Source: an uncultured Gammaproteobacteria bacterium (GTDB lineage: Bacteria; Patescibacteriota; Patescibacteriia; JACQSD01). From it: a DNA stretch of 14,807 bases. The first letter of the stretch is position 1, and each line of letters opens with the position of its first letter. The notes under the pieces were generated by a model. That model was not told the DNA's origin. It ran no database searches and saw only the letters and a program-made list of their open reading frames with translations. Below, piece after piece: positions 13,255 through 14,807 of the stretch. The DNA is taken from assembly GCA_964358625.1 (NCBI GenBank), contig CAYHPG010000010.1, forward strand, positions 1-14,807, written 5' to 3'. The translations under genes and the position numbers were made by a program.

Positions 13255-14655
13255 ATGTCACAATCACACGCCGACACATCACTTTGGGAAAAAGATCAAG
13301 TATTCTTGAAGGAAGAACGCGAAAAACACCCAGAACTCTTCATGCGGGAAGCAGGTGATCCGCATGTACTCCTCACTCGTATTGGTGTCACCGCACTCCC
13401 CAAAAGTCTTCCAAAAGGATACTTGCGTTTTTCCCCGTTTGATTTTCTTGTTGAAGAAATTCGAAAAAATGGAAACCCCGTCGCGCTCGATGGGAAAGAT
13501 GTAGTTCCAGAAGCCGGAAACGCAGGCGACACGATCTATGCCGATTGCATAAAAGTCGGAATCTCCACTCTTGATGCGGCACAACGTATTGCCGATGCGC
13601 TTAGCATCCCACCGCAAAAAATCGGCTATGCAGGCATCAAAGACGCAGTTGCCATTACCGCCCAGCGCGTGAGTATTCGCAATGCTTCACGTGAAAAGGT
13701 TCAAGCGCTCTCACTTGCCAATATCCTTCTTCGTAATATCACAACGGGCAAAGGCGCCGTGAGCGTTGGCGAGCTTGGCGGCAATCGCTTTACGCTTTTC
13801 ATTCGCACCGAACGCCGCCTCGATACGGCGCATCTCGCAAATCTCCTTACGCATTACGAAAAAATGGGGTTTGTGAATTACTACGGCACGCAACGCTTTG
13901 GCACTCCCCGCTTTCTCGCGCATCTCTTTGGCATGTATCTTCTCCGCGGCGATCTTCCTTCACTTGTCCGCGCATATCTCACCGCAGAAAGCCAGTTTGA
14001 ACTCCCGGCAATACAAAAAGTACGACAAGAGGCAGCAGCGCATTTTGAAGACTGGCAGAAGATGTATGGCGCGTTCGATCGACTCCCCTACACCTTCCGT
14101 TTCGAGCGCATTATGCTCGACACGCTCATGAAAACAAAAAATGACTACGCGAAAGTCATTGTTGCTATGGGTGATCAGGCGGATCTTTGGGCGCGCGCAT
14201 ACGCAAGCTATTGCACAAACCGTCTTCTCTCGCACGCCATCACAACGAAACAAGAACTACCAAAAGAACTCCCCTTGCTCCTTTCTGTGCGCAAAGAAGA
14301 TCACGCGCCCTACCAGTCATTTCTTGCGGCAGATAAAACGGAAAAATTCACCGAAATTTTGAAACGATTTCCGTTTATTCATCTTGGCAATGCACCAAAA
14401 ATAGAAGCGCGCATGCTTCCAAAGGTGCATGGCGTGCGTGTGGTGAAGGAAGGCGTTGCCATTGCATTTGATCTTGGCAAAGCTGCATACGCAACAACAT
14501 TCCTCCTTCACCTTTTCACGATCATAACCGGTACACCAATTCCCGATTGGGTGCAGGATACGGAATATGACACAAAAGAATTGCTCGGGCTTGGGTCGTT
14601 AGAGGCAATAAAAGAGAAATTGGGAAAGTACATTAATAAGCCTGTGTCATCCTGA
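13255..14655 (+). CDS. truD: tRNA pseudouridine synthase TruD/Pus7 family (long form, 466 aa)
   Basis: SPFDFLVEEI (the N-terminal PEDF-V-E motif), GYAGIKDAVAITAQRV (the catalytic GxKD..A.T.Q motif) and NYYGTQRFG. The last codons and the stop lie inside a repeat. Confidence 0.88.
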   Translation: MSQSHADTSLWEKDQVFLKEEREKHPELFMREAGDPHVLLTRIGVTALPKSLPKGYLRFSPFDFLVEEIRKNGNPVALDGKDVVPEAGNAGDTIYADCIKVGISTLDAAQRIADALSIPPQKIGYAGIKDAVAITAQRVSIRNASREKVQALSLANILLRNITTGKGAVSVGELGGNRFTLFIRTERRLDTAHLANLLTHYEKMGFVNYYGTQRFGTPRFLAHLFGMYLLRGDLPSLVRAYLTAESQFELPAIQKVRQEAAAHFEDWQKMYGAFDRLPYTFRFERIMLDTLMKTKNDYAKVIVAMGDQADLWARAYASYCTNRLLSHAITTKQELPKELPLLLSVRKEDHAPYQSFLAADKTEKFTEILKRFPFIHLGNAPKIEARMLPKVHGVRVVKEGVAIAFDLGKAAYATTFLLHLFTIITGTPIPDWVQDTEYDTKELLGLGSLEAIKEKLGKYINKPVSS

Positions 14656-14671
14656 GCGAGAGCGAAGGATC
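14646..14671. repeat. repeat of the gtcatcctgagcgagagcgaaggatc type, spanning the truD stop codon
   Basis: Read directly. The TGA at 14653-14655 lies inside the motif. The motif is related in form to gtcattgcgag..(6856, 8118). Confidence 0.55.
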
Positions 14672-14677
14672 CCCTGA

Positions 14678-14781
14678 CTGTGCATTACGAAACCCCCTTT
14701 TATATCCCCTCTCCCTCGATGGGAGAGGGTAGGGTGAGGGTGAAAATAGGGAGGGGAAAATCGGAGTTTCGTAATTCAAAG
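14678..14781. mobile_element. second, degenerate and internally deleted copy (104 bp) of the MITE-like element
   Basis: The TIRs are ctgtgcattacgaaac (14678-14693) and gagtttcgtaattcaaag (14764-14781), each one mismatch from copy 1. It shares the interior ccctctccc-tcgat-gggagaggg-t-agggtgagggtg (14707-14741). It lacks about 40 bp corresponding to 9401-9440 of copy 1. Confidence 0.6.
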
Positions 14782-14807
14782 CCCCTTGCTACGTGTATGA
14801 GATCCCT

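Noticed and set aside
13137-13358. 73-aa plus-strand ORF spanning CIRCE and the truD start
   Set aside because: It covers the promoter and operator region, is out of frame with truD, and has no supporting signals.

Overview
The window looks like a chromosomal segment from a small-genome, uncultivated-type bacterium. Protein styles suggest Candidate Phyla Radiation/Patescibacteria, but that is inference only.

Gene order:
- Minus strand: dnaX (5' part), preceded upstream by a 178-aa hypothetical, an 858-aa membrane-anchored VirD4/TraG/HerA-like P-loop ATPase and a 168-aa hypothetical.
- Plus strand: a corA-like gene, cysS, dus.
- Minus strand: hrcA, grpE, dnaK, a DUF559 endonuclease, dnaJ. This operon is driven by a textbook sigma-70 promoter plus a perfect CIRCE operator.
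- Plus strand: truD.

The genes are ordinary. The notable signal is several families of short GC-rich hairpin or repeat elements that have colonised both spacers and coding sequences:
1. A 142-bp MITE-like element has perfect 18-bp terminal inverted repeats and an 8-bp target-site duplication. It sits inside the loop of another hairpin repeat next to the DUF559 gene. A second, degenerate copy lies at the right edge of the window.
2. An identical 22-mer is inserted in the same reading frame (peptide PSTSSGQ) in both dnaK and grpE, with a diverged copy in cysS.
3. A perfect 39-nt palindrome lies in frame inside dus.
4. A hairpin insertion of the CCCTC..GAGGG type lies directly in front of the KMSKS motif of cysS.
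5. Repeats of the GTCATTGCGA / GTCATCCTGAG type occur at gene ends, and one supplies the truD stop codon.

Other points:
- The CorA-like protein has STN where the GMN motif should be.
- A 9-bp tandem repeat abuts the cysS ATG.
- Strong -10 boxes lie 6-8 nt from three start codons, which fits leaderless mRNAs.
- A GC-rich structured 100-nt spacer lies upstream of dnaX, where SRP RNA often sits, but it lacks the SRP motifs.

No rRNA, tRNA or CRISPR array was seen.
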